Shown here piece by piece: positions 1 to 9,156 of a stretch of DNA of 32,000 bases. A program made the translations under genes and the position numbers. The DNA is from Desulfobulbus propionicus DSM 2032. Its GTDB lineage: Bacteria > Desulfobacterota > Desulfobulbia > Desulfobulbales > Desulfobulbaceae. Within the stretch, counting starts at the first letter, position 1. The number at the start of each line of letters is the position of its first letter. The stretch lies in assembly GCF_000186885.1 (NCBI RefSeq), contig NC_014972.1:3120001-3152000 (forward strand). The letters run 5' to 3'. The notes below the pieces were generated by a model. That model saw only the letters and a program-made list of their open reading frames with translations. It made no database searches and was not told where the DNA came from.

Positions 1-447
1 GCCCCCAAGGCGGATGCGATCATCGGCGCGGTTCTCGTGCCCGGCGCCAAGGCTCCCCGACTGATCAGCCGCGACTTGCTGGCGTCGATGAAAAAGGGGG
101 CGGTGCTGGTCGATGTGGCCATCGACCAGGGGGGCTGTTTCGAGACATCGCGGCCCACCACCCATGACCAGCCGGTGTTCGAGATCGACGGCATCCTTCA
201 CTACTGCGTGGCCAACATGCCCGGCGCGGTGCCCCTGACCTCGACCCTGGCCCTGACCAACGCCACTCTGCCCTACGCCCTGACCCTGGCCAAGAAAGGC
301 TGGCAACGGGCGGCGCTGGACGATGCGGGCATCGGCCGGGGCATCAACATGGCGGCCGGCCGGATCACCTGTCAGGGCGTGGCCGAGGCCTTTGGCCTGC
401 CCCATTGTCCACTGGAAACAGTGCTGGGCCGGGAGAGAACGGTGTGA
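1..447 (+). CDS. ald: L-alanine dehydrogenase, C-terminal fragment (5' end lies outside the window)
   Basis: Frame 1 is open from base 1. The translation (...[67 protein letters not shown]..) matches the C-terminal half of alanine dehydrogenase family proteins. Confidence 0.85.
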   Translation, partial: APKADAIIGAVLVPGAKAPRLISRDLLASMKKGAVLVDVAIDQGGCFETSRPTTHDQPVFEIDGILHYCVANMPGAVPLTSTLALTNATLPYALTLAKKGWQRAALDDAGIGRGINMAAGRITCQGVAEAFGLPHCPLETVLGRERTV

Positions 448-570
448 AATCTGGCCGCGCAAGGCAAGACACGAGCACGGAGACAAAACCTACGAGCGCA
501 GGCCAGACACCACCGACGGCGGGCAAGGAGAGAGGCGAAAAAACCCGCCGCCAATGGTGCAAGAGGGGGG

Positions 571-1260
571 TTAGTTCTCCGGAGTACCGATAAAGCGATA
601 CACCACGGCGCCGAGCAGGGCACCAACGATCGGAGCCACCCAGAACAGCCACAGCTGGGCCAGCGCCCAGTCACCCACATAGAGAGCCACGCCCAGGCTC
701 CGGGCCGGATTGACCGAGGTGTTGGTCACCGGGATGCTGATCAGGTGGATCAGGGTCAGGCACAGGCCGATGGCGATTGGGGCCATGCCCTGCGGCGCCC
801 GCTGGTCGGTGGACCCGAGGATGACCAGCAGGAACATCATGGTCATCACCACTTCAGTGATCAGCGCGGCCACCATCGAATAGCCGCCCGGCGAATGCGC
901 CCCGTACCCGTTGGAGGCAAACCCGGCCGACACCTCAAATCCCGCCTTGCCGCTGGCGATCAAATACAGTACCCCGCCGGCCAGCACGCCCCCGATCACC
1001 TGGGCGGCGATGTACGGCAACAGCTGATTCGCCGGGAAACGGCCGCCGGCCCACAGTCCAATCGAAACCGCCGGATTGAGATGGCAGCCGGAGATGTGGC
1101 CGATGGCATAGGCCATGGTCAGCACGGTCAGGCCAAAGGCGAACGAGACCCCGAGCAAGCCGATGCCGACTTCCGGAAAGGCCGCCGCCAGCACCGCGCT
1201 GCCACACCCGCCAAGAACCAGCCAAAACGTACCGAAAACTTCCGCAACATACTTTTTCAT
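571..1260 (-). CDS. aqpZ: Aquaporin Z (MIP family water channel)
   Basis: 229-aa product starting at the ATG at 1260 ([18 protein letters not shown]..). It has two NPA boxes (HLNPAVS, SVNPARS) and about six hydrophobic segments. The 340-aa track ORF is an in-frame P/R-rich upstream extension. Confidence 0.9.
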   Translation of the reverse strand: MKKYVAEVFGTFWLVLGGCGSAVLAAAFPEVGIGLLGVSFAFGLTVLTMAYAIGHISGCHLNPAVSIGLWAGGRFPANQLLPYIAAQVIGGVLAGGVLYLIASGKAGFEVSAGFASNGYGAHSPGGYSMVAALITEVVMTMMFLLVILGSTDQRAPQGMAPIAIGLCLTLIHLISIPVTNTSVNPARSLGVALYVGDWALAQLWLFWVAPIVGALLGAVVYRFIGTPEN

Positions 1261-1409
1261 GCCTTGATCCTCCTTTGCAGGATATGAGGGAAAATGGAAC
1301 GGGAAGATGATGGTTGAAGGTAGCGGGGAACAACGGCAATGTACAGTAAATTTCCGGTAAATGTGGTACCCGATCGGACACTTGGCGGCCCGGATCGAGG
1401 GTGAGGGAA

Positions 1410-2264
1410 TCAGACCAGCAGGGCGCGCAGACGGCGGAGGTTTTCCACATCCTCGGCCAGGTCGGGGCCCTTGTCGGTCTCCAGGGTCATGGGATGGTGG
1501 CGGAAACGGGGATCGTTGAGCAGCAGGCGAAACCCCTCCAGGCCGATCTGGCCTTGACCGATGTGCGCGTGGCGGTCGATCCGGCTGCCGCAATCTTTTT
1601 TAGCATCGTTGAGATGGAAGAAGTGGACAGAATCGATGCCGACATGGCGCGCCAATTCCGTCATGGTTCGCGCGTAGCCGGCGGCGTCACGCAGGTCGTA
1701 GCCGGCGGCGAAAATATGGCAGGTATCGACGCAAACGCCGAGATGTGCCGGGTAGCGGTTATGGGCAAGCAGCCACCCCAGCTCCTCGAAGCGGCTGCCG
1801 AGCGAAGTCCCCTGACCGGCGGTGGTTTCCAGCAGCACAACGAGGGACGAGTCGAGTGCTCCCGAGTGTTCCAGGGCCTGGTCCAGATTGCGTGCCACCG
1901 CGGTCAGCCCGGCCTCGATGCCGGCGCCGCCGTGACTGCCGGGATGGATCACCACCGCCTCGATACCCAGCTGGCGGCAACGCGCCAGTTCCTCGGCAAA
2001 GGCCATCACCGATTTGGCTGCTTTGTCCGCTTCCGATGCCGCCAGATTGATCAGGTAGGAGGCGTGGGAGGCCACCGGCATGTGGCCGTGCGCCTGCCGG
2101 GCTTGCCGGAACAGGCGGATGGCTTCCTCGGAGAGCGGGGCGCTGCGCCACTGCCGCTGGTTGGCGGTGAAGATCTGCAGCGACTCGCCGCCGACCTGGC
2201 GGATCCGGTCAAAAGCCAGATGCAAGCCGCCGGCGATCGACTGATGGGCGCCGAGCAGGGGCAT
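1410..2264 (-). CDS. nfo: Deoxyribonuclease IV (endonuclease IV, AP endonuclease)
   Basis: [14 protein letters not shown].. N-terminus and ..IHPGSH.., ..[13 protein letters not shown].., ..[13 protein letters not shown].., ..HLNDAK motifs. A GGAGG Shine-Dalgarno (SD) sequence lies 6 nt upstream of the ATG at 2264. An alternative ATG is at 2291. Confidence 0.9.
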   Translation of the reverse strand: MPLLGAHQSIAGGLHLAFDRIRQVGGESLQIFTANQRQWRSAPLSEEAIRLFRQARQAHGHMPVASHASYLINLAASEADKAAKSVMAFAEELARCRQLGIEAVVIHPGSHGGAGIEAGLTAVARNLDQALEHSGALDSSLVVLLETTAGQGTSLGSRFEELGWLLAHNRYPAHLGVCVDTCHIFAAGYDLRDAAGYARTMTELARHVGIDSVHFFHLNDAKKDCGSRIDRHAHIGQGQIGLEGFRLLLNDPRFRHHPMTLETDKGPDLAEDVENLRRLRALLV

Positions 2265-2295
2265 CAGTGGCCTCCAAGGGGGCGGAGGCAAAGGC

Positions 2296-3048
2296 TCACA
2301 TCTGCCATTGCCGCTCCAGATAGGCGAGTCCGTCGTGGTTGGTCAGATCGAGCTGGATCGGGGTGACCGAGATAAAGCCGTTGCGCACCGCCTGTTCGTC
2401 GGTGTCGTCCCCGCCCGACCAGTGGACCGTGCCGCCGCCGATCCAATAGTGCTTGCGTCCCCAGGGATCAAAGGTTTCCTGGATGGCATCCTGGTACAGA
2501 CGGCGGCCCTGGCGGGTGAAGCGAATGCCGCCGATCTTGCCGGCGGACAGCGGCGGAATGTTGATGTTCAAGAGCGACTTGGGCGGCAGGTGCATGGCCA
2601 GCGCCATGGAGGCCAGCTTCCAGGCCACCGCCGCCGCCACTTCGAAATCAAAGGGCGGGGAGCCGCCAAGCGAAAAGGCCAGGGAGGGAATATCGTACAT
2701 CGTGCCCTCGATGGCCGCCGACACCGTGCCCGAATAACTGATGTCGTCTCCCAGATTGGCGCCGGGATTGATCCCGGATACCAGCAGGTCGGGCCGGCGG
2801 TGAAGGATCTTGTTGATGGCGATGGTTACGCAGTCGGTGGGCGTGCCGTCGATGGTGTGGATGTGTTCGTCCAGCCGCACCACCCGCAACGGCCGGTTCA
2901 TGGTCAGGGAATGGCTGACCGCCGAGTTGTCCCGCTCGGGGGCGACGATCACCGCCTCGCCCAGCGAGCTGACCGCCTCGTGCAGGGCGCGGATGCCCGG
3001 CGCGTACACGCCGTCGTCGTTGGTGACCAGGATAAGTGGCTTGTGCAT
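2296..3048 (-). CDS. surE: 5'/3'-nucleotidase SurE
   Basis: N-terminal ILVTNDDGVYAPGI motif, plus GINPGANLGDDISYSGTVSAAIEG. Full length is 250 aa. Confidence 0.92.
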   Translation of the reverse strand: MHKPLILVTNDDGVYAPGIRALHEAVSSLGEAVIVAPERDNSAVSHSLTMNRPLRVVRLDEHIHTIDGTPTDCVTIAINKILHRRPDLLVSGINPGANLGDDISYSGTVSAAIEGTMYDIPSLAFSLGGSPPFDFEVAAAVAWKLASMALAMHLPPKSLLNINIPPLSAGKIGGIRFTRQGRRLYQDAIQETFDPWGRKHYWIGGGTVHWSGGDDTDEQAVRNGFISVTPIQLDLTNHDGLAYLERQWQM

Positions 3049-3051
3049 GGC

Positions 3052-3783
3052 TTATTTCGGCTGAGAGGCGTTGAAGGCTTGAAGAAAAGCGCGAATTCGC
3101 CGGACGTTGCTCCCCAGATCGGAAATCCCGGCACGGGAGGCCGAGCGAAGATCGATCCGGCTGCCGGTCTCGCGGGCTCCGATGCGGATGACAATGTCGT
3201 CGGTGAAGCCAAAAAACAACGACTGTTCCAGGGCCTCGATCGTCCCCCGGTCCCGATCCTGGGCGACAAGCCGCCAGTGCAGCCGCTGGACCACGGCAAG
3301 ACTTCGGTCAAAGGCCTCTGCCGGCGACAGGTCCACCAGCAGCGGCGTGACATCTCCGTATGCCCGCCGCTGCTGATCGGCAACCGTTGGCCCCGCGTAC
3401 TCGACGGCATTGTCGCCGGGTCCGCGCAGGGTGCGCGCGGCGGTCAACGGCGGCGGATTGTCGAGGTCGGTGGTGATGTCGTGGATCGGGGGCGCCTTGG
3501 CCCCCTGAAGGCCCATGAGCACGATGCCGATCAGGGGCGGAAGCGACAAGGCAACGGCCGCCAGACAGGGTCTGCCGCCGCCGCGGCCGGTCCGCAGCAC
3601 GACAAACAGAACCAACAGGCTGCAAAAACCGGTCAACACCAGACCGGCCGCCGCGGCCGCCACTCCCAGCAGGGCCGGACGCCAGGACAGCAGATCGAGC
3701 CGGAAGGCCGACACCGCCCCCAGGGCGAGCGCCAGCCACAGCAGCTGCAGTTTCCATAACCAATGGGTCTTGGTGGCCATCAA
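3052..3783 (-). CDS. DUF1499-like membrane-anchored protein
   Basis: 243-aa ORF with about three N-terminal hydrophobic helices. The soluble C-terminal part (..FFGFTDDIVIRI...RIDLRSASRAGISDLGSNVRRIRAF) resembles DUF1499 proteins. It lies 3 nt upstream of surE on the same strand. Confidence 0.6.
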   Translation of the reverse strand: MMATKTHWLWKLQLLWLALALGAVSAFRLDLLSWRPALLGVAAAAAGLVLTGFCSLLVLFVVLRTGRGGGRPCLAAVALSLPPLIGIVLMGLQGAKAPPIHDITTDLDNPPPLTAARTLRGPGDNAVEYAGPTVADQQRRAYGDVTPLLVDLSPAEAFDRSLAVVQRLHWRLVAQDRDRGTIEALEQSLFFGFTDDIVIRIGARETGSRIDLRSASRAGISDLGSNVRRIRAFLQAFNASQPK

Positions 3784-3815
3784 TCGTTATTCTCCCTGGA
3801 AAAGGCGACCCAGGC

Positions 3816-3844
3816 TTGATCAGGCCAGCCCTTTTCCGTATACT
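3816..3844 (+). promoter_or_regulatory. Candidate sigma70-type promoter (TTGATC-17 nt-TATACT)
   Basis: -35 TTGATC at 3816-3821, a 17-nt spacer, and -10 TATACT at 3839-3844. It sits about 30 nt upstream of the first ATG of the HD-domain gene. Confidence 0.4.
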
Positions 3845-3874
3845 GCCGACAAGATCTCTCACACACGAAACAGC

Positions 3875-5164
3875 ATGGCCCCTGCGAGGGCAACGGGCGC
3901 AACGACCATGAATAATAGCAAAGGCTCGCTCATCCTCAAAGCACTTTCCCCAGGGGCCGATGAAGCGCCGATCACCGCCTACCTGGAAAAGCGGGCCAAA
4001 AGCATCCCCCCGGAGAAGATCCCCTTCCTGCTCAAGAATCTGCCGGTGACCCTCAGCCGTAACGTGTCCGAGCAAACCGGCCGGATTGTCATCCGCCGGT
4101 TGGAAGAGCTGGGGGCCCAGGCGGTCTTTGTACCGTTCGGGACCGGCGACGCCGATACCATCGCGGCGTCACCCGATGCTCCCGCCGCGCCCCGGCACAG
4201 CCGAACAGCCCTCTGGAGAGAACGGCGCGCCTTCCAGCGCTTCCGCCAGATCAACAAGGAGGTCTGGATCATCCTCTCCATGCTGGGCATCGCCTGGCTG
4301 CTCAACGACACCATCGCCTCCCAGTATCTGCTGCTCGGGCTGTACACCCTGCCGGCGGTGGTGTCCGCCTACCTGTTCGGTCGCCGCCAGGCGGTGCTCA
4401 CCGCCTTTGCCAGCATCCTCCTCGTCGGCCTGGTCAGCCATTTTAACCCCGGCCGTTTCGACCAGGCCAATCTGGCGGGCATCGGCGGCAACAACCAATG
4501 GTACCACATCGTCTCTTGGGGCTGCATCCTGCTGGTGACCGCCTACACCATGGGCACCCTGTACGAGCGCAACAAAAACAAGGTAGAGGAGCTGCAACAG
4601 ACCTATCAGGGTCTGCTGCTCATCCTGCGCCATTTCATCGCCCAGGACGAGGAAAAGGAAAACCACGGGTTTCGCGTTTCCATTTACGCCACCCGTATCG
4701 CCTCCTGCATGGGATTGAGCAAGGAAGAGATCGAGGATATCCGTTCGGCGGCCCTGCTGCACGATCTCGGCCGGCTACGAATCAGCCGCTCGATTCTTCA
4801 CAAGGCCGTCCAACTCGGCCGGGACGAACGCCTGCCCGCAGATACTACCCCGGCAGCCGACGAGCAGCTGCTCAGCGGACCCATGGGCCGCATATTGCCG
4901 CTGCTCCTTGGCCAGCACGAACAATTCGAGCACTCCTTTTTCCTCGATGGCGAGACGATTCCCTTGGGCGCGCGCATTCTGGCGGTGGCCGATGCCTACG
5001 ACACCCTGACCGCCGGCGGTCCCGACTCCCCTGCCCTTTCACCCGAAGCCGCCAAGGAAAAAATCATCACCGAGCAGGACCCGTCGTTCGCGCCAGAGGT
5101 GGTCAAGGCCTTTGCCACCGCCTTCGAACGGCGGGAAATGGAACTCCCCCACATCATTCTCTGA
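3875..5164 (+). CDS. Membrane protein with a C-terminal degenerate HD-GYP-type HD domain
   Basis: Contains ..NHGFRVSIYATRIA..SAALLHDLGRL.. and ..IPLGARILAVADAYDTLTAG. It has about four central hydrophobic helices and an N-terminal soluble domain of about 90 aa. The start is ambiguous (ATG at 3875 or 3908). The track start at 3515 overlaps the divergent gene and is unlikely. Confidence 0.75.
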   Translation: MAPARATGATTMNNSKGSLILKALSPGADEAPITAYLEKRAKSIPPEKIPFLLKNLPVTLSRNVSEQTGRIVIRRLEELGAQAVFVPFGTGDADTIAASPDAPAAPRHSRTALWRERRAFQRFRQINKEVWIILSMLGIAWLLNDTIASQYLLLGLYTLPAVVSAYLFGRRQAVLTAFASILLVGLVSHFNPGRFDQANLAGIGGNNQWYHIVSWGCILLVTAYTMGTLYERNKNKVEELQQTYQGLLLILRHFIAQDEEKENHGFRVSIYATRIASCMGLSKEEIEDIRSAALLHDLGRLRISRSILHKAVQLGRDERLPADTTPAADEQLLSGPMGRILPLLLGQHEQFEHSFFLDGETIPLGARILAVADAYDTLTAGGPDSPALSPEAAKEKIITEQDPSFAPEVVKAFATAFERREMELPHIIL

Positions 5165-5208
5165 CCACCGGCTTTGCCACGGTCGACCTTTTCAATCGCG
5201 CCTGCGCC

Positions 5209-7044
5209 TCAGTGTTCGTCCCATTGCTTGCTTCTGAACTTCTCAAGCTGCGCCTGATAATAGGCCCGGTTTTGCGGGTCCAGACGAAAAGCGCGGATTT
5301 CGGTGGCCACCGCTTCCTCGATCAGACCGTTGGCCCAATAGGCGGTGGCCAGGGTATCGAGAATATAGCCGCGCTCCTTGAGCAAGGCCGCGGTTCGCGC
5401 CAGGGTCAGGGCGCGTTGCGCATCGCGCAGTGATTTGTCCTGGGCGGTCAGCAACAGCCAGGCCAGGTTGTTGTTGATCTCGGCGTTCGTCGGCGTGAGC
5501 TGCAACGCTTTGTCGTAAGCCTCCACCGCTCTTTTTTCCATCTTGCGGCTTTGGAGGAAATCACCGAGATACATCAGCCACAGACTGTTTTCCGGCTCCT
5601 GCCGCACCTTCTGCAACAGCACCGCCTCGGCATATTTGGTCTCGTAGCCCTCCGACAGTTTGGCCGCGTCCACGCGCTGCAGGGCCAGCACCACCAAGCC
5701 GATGCAGACGAAATAGAGCAACAGGCTGGCGTGCAGCTTGCGTTTGTGCCGGCGGATCAGCCGGCGGTCCTGCTCGCATCGCCTGAGGAAATCGATCCGT
5801 TCGCCGATGCCGTAATGATGCCAGTTTTTTTCTTCCCGGTTGCCGCTGAGCAGGGCGATCTTTTCAAATGAGGTGATCAACGGCCAGCTCGTGCCCAGGG
5901 CCCGGAAGACGTAAGCATCGGCTTGGCGTTCGAAATTGCGGATAAAATAGCCAAAGACAAAGCGGAAATAGACCAGCATCAACAGCAGCAGGGGGGCGGT
6001 GGCCAGTATGCCCAGCAGGTTTTCCGGGGCCACGGACAGATGGGGCAGGACACGGTAGAACAGTTCATTGGAGAGGATGAGATGGGGCAGCGGCGTGGCC
6101 ACCGCCCCGGCGAGCAGGCTGAATCCCAAAAAAAGGATGAGATAGAGGATCAGATGGAGATGTTTGACATGGCCGATCTCATGGGCGAGCACACTGTCGA
6201 TTTCCTTCTCGTTCAGGGTTTCCAGCAGGGCCGGGGTGATCAGCAGGAAACGCAGCCGGGGGACGATCCCCATGATGCCGGCGGTCAACACCTGCCCCTC
6301 GAACAGCGGCCAGGAGTAGATCTCGGAATGGAACCCCTGGGAGCGGCAGAAGGCCACCAACCGATCCCGCACCGGTCCGGGCGGCAGGGGGGTGCATCCC
6401 CAGAGCGTGCGCACCAGGGGCGGAAACACCAGGATCAAGAACACGAGGAACACGGCAAAGAGGATCAGGTCCCCCCACGGCGAGTTCAGCAGTTTGGTCA
6501 GCCGGGGAAAGGAAAGCAGCCGCAGACCGTCGAACACCAAGGAGAGGATCAGCCAGGGAAGGACAATGGGCAGGTTGGCCTTGACATTGGAGCGGAGAAA
6601 GGCCGGCGTGGTGTAGCGGCGCTGGAAGAGCTGTTGATAGCGCGGCCGACCTGCCCGCCACATCAGCATCAACAGAACGAAAAAGCAGCCCAGACCGGCG
6701 CTGTCGGCCAACACCGGCAAACGGCCGCCCACGGACAGGGGCATGAGATAATATTTGAGATCCAGCAGATACACCAGCCCCATGAAGACCAGCACCGCCA
6801 GGACCGACAGCCGCTTTTCCGCCGAAAAATAGGCGTTCGGGCCGCCGCCCGCGCGGGCAAAAGTTCGGGCGGCGACCTGGCCATATCCCCACAGGACGGC
6901 CGCGAGCGCCGCCAGGGTCCACAGGGGGGCAAGCACCGGCTGTGCGGTCGGGTTGGTGGTGGAAATGACAAAAATGACGACCAGAAAAAAGAGCAGGTTA
7001 TTGTACAGCATACCGTTGCCTGTAGGTTGGGTGGTCGCATGCAT
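5209..7044 (-). CDS. Integral-membrane M48 family zinc metallopeptidase with C-terminal TPR repeats
   Basis: HEIGHVKH (HExxH) motif within a multi-pass hydrophobic region. The C-terminal ~150 aa are TPR-like (AVEAYDKALQLTPTNAEINNNLAWLL.., ..AYWANGLIEEAV..). An alternative start is at 7011 (MLYNNLLFF). Confidence 0.8.
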   Translation of the reverse strand: MHATTQPTGNGMLYNNLLFFLVVIFVISTTNPTAQPVLAPLWTLAALAAVLWGYGQVAARTFARAGGGPNAYFSAEKRLSVLAVLVFMGLVYLLDLKYYLMPLSVGGRLPVLADSAGLGCFFVLLMLMWRAGRPRYQQLFQRRYTTPAFLRSNVKANLPIVLPWLILSLVFDGLRLLSFPRLTKLLNSPWGDLILFAVFLVFLILVFPPLVRTLWGCTPLPPGPVRDRLVAFCRSQGFHSEIYSWPLFEGQVLTAGIMGIVPRLRFLLITPALLETLNEKEIDSVLAHEIGHVKHLHLILYLILFLGFSLLAGAVATPLPHLILSNELFYRVLPHLSVAPENLLGILATAPLLLLMLVYFRFVFGYFIRNFERQADAYVFRALGTSWPLITSFEKIALLSGNREEKNWHHYGIGERIDFLRRCEQDRRLIRRHKRKLHASLLLYFVCIGLVVLALQRVDAAKLSEGYETKYAEAVLLQKVRQEPENSLWLMYLGDFLQSRKMEKRAVEAYDKALQLTPTNAEINNNLAWLLLTAQDKSLRDAQRALTLARTAALLKERGYILDTLATAYWANGLIEEAVATEIRAFRLDPQNRAYYQAQLEKFRSKQWDEH

Positions 7045-7186
7045 GGGGCGCGATGCCGTGCGGGCCGCGGGTGGTGGATGGTACCGCTCACCTTATGCAT
7101 GCTTGTGCCAATATGCCAGAATCGTTTGCAGTTTTGCCTCGTTTTCTTGGCAGTCCCCTGATTTTTCGGAAAAATATGAAATTTTA

Positions 7187-7214
7187 TTGACCTTTCACGA
7201 TTCCTTGGTATTAT
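7187..7214 (+). promoter_or_regulatory. Candidate sigma70 promoter for the tRNA gene (TTGACC-16 nt-TATTAT)
   Basis: -35 TTGACC at 7187-7192 and -10 TATTAT at 7209-7214. An A/T-rich UP-like tract lies upstream, and the tRNA starts 23 nt downstream. Confidence 0.5.
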
Positions 7215-7236
7215 GTTGCGTTTTATCGTAGCGTTC

Positions 7237-7313
7237 GGGCCTATAGCTCAGTTGGCTAGAGCCACCGGCTCATAACCGGTCGGTCCCTGGTTCGAGTCCA
7301 GGTGGGCCCACCA
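7237..7313 (+). tRNA. tRNA with a CAU anticodon (elongator Met, or Ile2 if lysidine-modified), CCA encoded
   Basis: A cloverleaf can be read by eye. Acceptor is GGGCCTA/TGGGCCC. D arm is GCTC-AGTTGGCTA-GAGC. Anticodon arm is ACCGG-CTCATAA-CCGGT. T arm is CCTGG-TTCGAGT-CCAGG. The discriminator is A, followed by CCA. G1-C72 excludes an initiator tRNA. Confidence 0.9.
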
Positions 7314-7443
7314 CATTTCCGGAAGAGCGGACCGGCTTTCCCCTGAAGCTCTCCATCACGGCTACCCCTGATTTGAATATTTTGAGCAGTTACCGGCAAT
7401 CATGGCTGAACCATCAGCGGGGCATTGAAACAGATGTCTGAAA

Positions 7444-7477
7444 AGAGGTACATCTCCAAGAGGATGTGCCTCTTTTT
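7444..7477 (+). terminator. Rho-independent terminator-like hairpin
   Basis: AGAGGTACATC (7444-7454) pairs with GATGTGCCTCT (7463-7473), giving 11 bp with one G-U. The loop is 8 nt and TTTTT follows. It lies 130 nt after the tRNA and 20 nt before the Nif3 start. Confidence 0.5.
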
Positions 7478-7496
7478 CATTACTGAGTAATACAGA

Positions 7497-8300
7497 GTGC
7501 CTACCGTTCAACACATTCTTCATACCCTGCAACGCATAACCCCGGAAAACCTGGCTGAAGACTGGGACAATGTCGGCCTCCTGGTGGGTGATCCGCAGCA
7601 AACGGTGCAGCGCATCCTGATCGCGCTCGATCCCACCTGCTCGCTGATCGAGCAGGCCCGCCGCGGCCAATACGATCTCCTGCTCACCCACCACCCCATC
7701 ATCTTCCGCCCCCTCAAAGCTCTCCGTACCGACACACCCACCGGCCGTTTCATCGCCGCGGCCACTCGCAGCCAGATCAGCGTCATCGCCTGCCACACCA
7801 ATCTCGATGCCACCCGCGACGGGGTCAGTGACGTTCTCGCCCAGGGGCTGGGCCTGCTCGACTGCCAGCCGCTGGTTCCCGCCCGCGGGGGATGTGATCT
7901 GGCCTGCGGCTTAGGCCGCATCGGCCGTTATGCCCAACCGCTTGACGCCAAGACATTTCTTGCCCGCGTCCGCCAAACCTGTGATCCGCCATGGATCCTG
8001 GAAGCCGGTCCGCGGCCCGAGCGGGTGGGGTGCGTCGCCGTTTGCGGTGGTTCCTGTTCGGATTTCGCCGAGACCGCGCTCCACAGCGGCGCCGACGTTC
8101 TGCTGACCGCCGAAGTCAAGCATGCCGTGGCCCGATGGGCCGAGGATGCGGGCCTGTGGCTGTTGGACGGGGGACACTTTGCCACGGAAAATCCGGCCAT
8201 GGCCCGTTGGCGCGACAGGTTGCGGCACGAGGCCCGAGCCTGCGGATGGGAGCTGACAATTGACACGGCACGGCAGCTGCCACCGCTGCGACTGGCATGA
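7497..8300 (+). CDS. Nif3-like dinuclear metal centre protein (YbgI / GTP cyclohydrolase 1 type 2 family)
   Basis: GTG start. Motifs include ..AEDWDNVGLLVGD.., ..LLLTHHPIIF.., ..IACHTNLD.. and ..LDGGHFATE. Confidence 0.85.
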   Translation: MPTVQHILHTLQRITPENLAEDWDNVGLLVGDPQQTVQRILIALDPTCSLIEQARRGQYDLLLTHHPIIFRPLKALRTDTPTGRFIAAATRSQISVIACHTNLDATRDGVSDVLAQGLGLLDCQPLVPARGGCDLACGLGRIGRYAQPLDAKTFLARVRQTCDPPWILEAGPRPERVGCVAVCGGSCSDFAETALHSGADVLLTAEVKHAVARWAEDAGLWLLDGGHFATENPAMARWRDRLRHEARACGWELTIDTARQLPPLRLA

Positions 8301-8427
8301 CCCGCACATCAGCACACCCGGCCGTCAAGGAGCACGTCACCGTAAACGGGGCAGGAACATCACCGCCCTGTTCGCATTCCTTTTGTACCGTTTCTACCAC
8401 CAGACAGACCGATCGAGGAGTTCATCA

Positions 8428-9156
8428 TTGAAAGAGGAAATATTCAAACTCATCAAGCTGCAGGCAATCGACAGTGAAATTGCCGGGTTCGACCACGCCA
8501 TCGCCAAGCATCAGGCGATTATCGCCGGCCGCGAGCAGGCGATCGCCGAAAAACAAGAGGCGATCGCCGCCTTCCGGGGCAAGATCGAACTGCTCAACCA
8601 GAAACAGCGGGAAACCAAAAGCGAGCATGATGATGCCGGCGCCCGGGTCAAGGACCGGCAGAACAAGATGATGCAGGTGCAGACCAGCCGCGAGCACCAG
8701 GCCCTGCTCAAGGAAATCGAGGACAACAAGAAGCTGGTCAAGGAAACCGAGGATCGTCTGTTGCAGTTTATCGAGCAGATCGAGCAACTGGAGCAGGAGG
8801 TCGCCACCCTGGAAAACCTGTGCGCCGGCGAACAGCAGCTTTTGACGGAAGAAACTGAGAACGTCGACAAGGAGATCAAACGGATCGAGCAGGCAAAAAA
8901 ATCCGTGGTCAACCAGCGGGAGGTCGAGGCCGCGGAGTTGGATGGCCCCTATCTCAAACGCTACACCATGCTGCTCACCAAGCGCGACGGCTTGGCGGTG
9001 GTGCCGATCAACGATAGCGTCTGCCAGGGATGCTACATGGCCCTGCCGCCCCAGCAGGTCAACGAGGTGCGCAAGGCCGACAAACTCAACCTCTGCCCGA
9101 CCTGCCAGCGCATTCTCTATTACAAGGAACCCGAGGAATTCGCCGTTGACAAATGA
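8428..9156 (+). CDS. Coiled-coil protein with a C4 zinc-ribbon domain (COG1579-like, usually partnered with Nif3)
   Basis: TTG start at 8428, preceded by GAGGAG 7 nt upstream. It has a long heptad-like E/K/Q-rich region followed by CQGC...CPTC. The track ORF start at 8260 overlaps the Nif3 gene. Confidence 0.75.
   Translation: MKEEIFKLIKLQAIDSEIAGFDHAIAKHQAIIAGREQAIAEKQEAIAAFRGKIELLNQKQRETKSEHDDAGARVKDRQNKMMQVQTSREHQALLKEIEDNKKLVKETEDRLLQFIEQIEQLEQEVATLENLCAGEQQLLTEETENVDKEIKRIEQAKKSVVNQREVEAAELDGPYLKRYTMLLTKRDGLAVVPINDSVCQGCYMALPPQQVNEVRKADKLNLCPTCQRILYYKEPEEFAVDK

Noticed and set aside
505-545. Possible bidirectional terminator between the convergent ald and aqpZ genes (CGGCGGG ... CCCGCCG)
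   Set aside because: A 7-bp stem with a 20-nt loop and no proper U-tract on either strand is not convincing as an intrinsic terminator.
571-1593. N-terminal extensions of track ORFs (aqpZ 340 aa; also starts at 3515, 8260, 16248, 20723 and 25090)
   Set aside because: The extensions are P/R-rich, overlap neighbouring genes or their control regions, and lack an SD. Internal starts with an SD or family-typical N-termini were chosen instead.
2308-3759. 483-aa ORF on the + strand spanning surE and the DUF1499-like gene
   Set aside because: It is antisense to two well-supported genes. The product is extremely R/G/P/Q-rich and low in complexity, with no motif. This is a typical open antisense frame in high-GC DNA.
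5923-7161. 412-aa ORF on the + strand opposite the M48 protease gene
   Set aside because: The translation is Q/G/H/E/D/K-rich and low in complexity. It is antisense to a gene with an HExxH motif and TM helices, so it is a GC-frame artefact.
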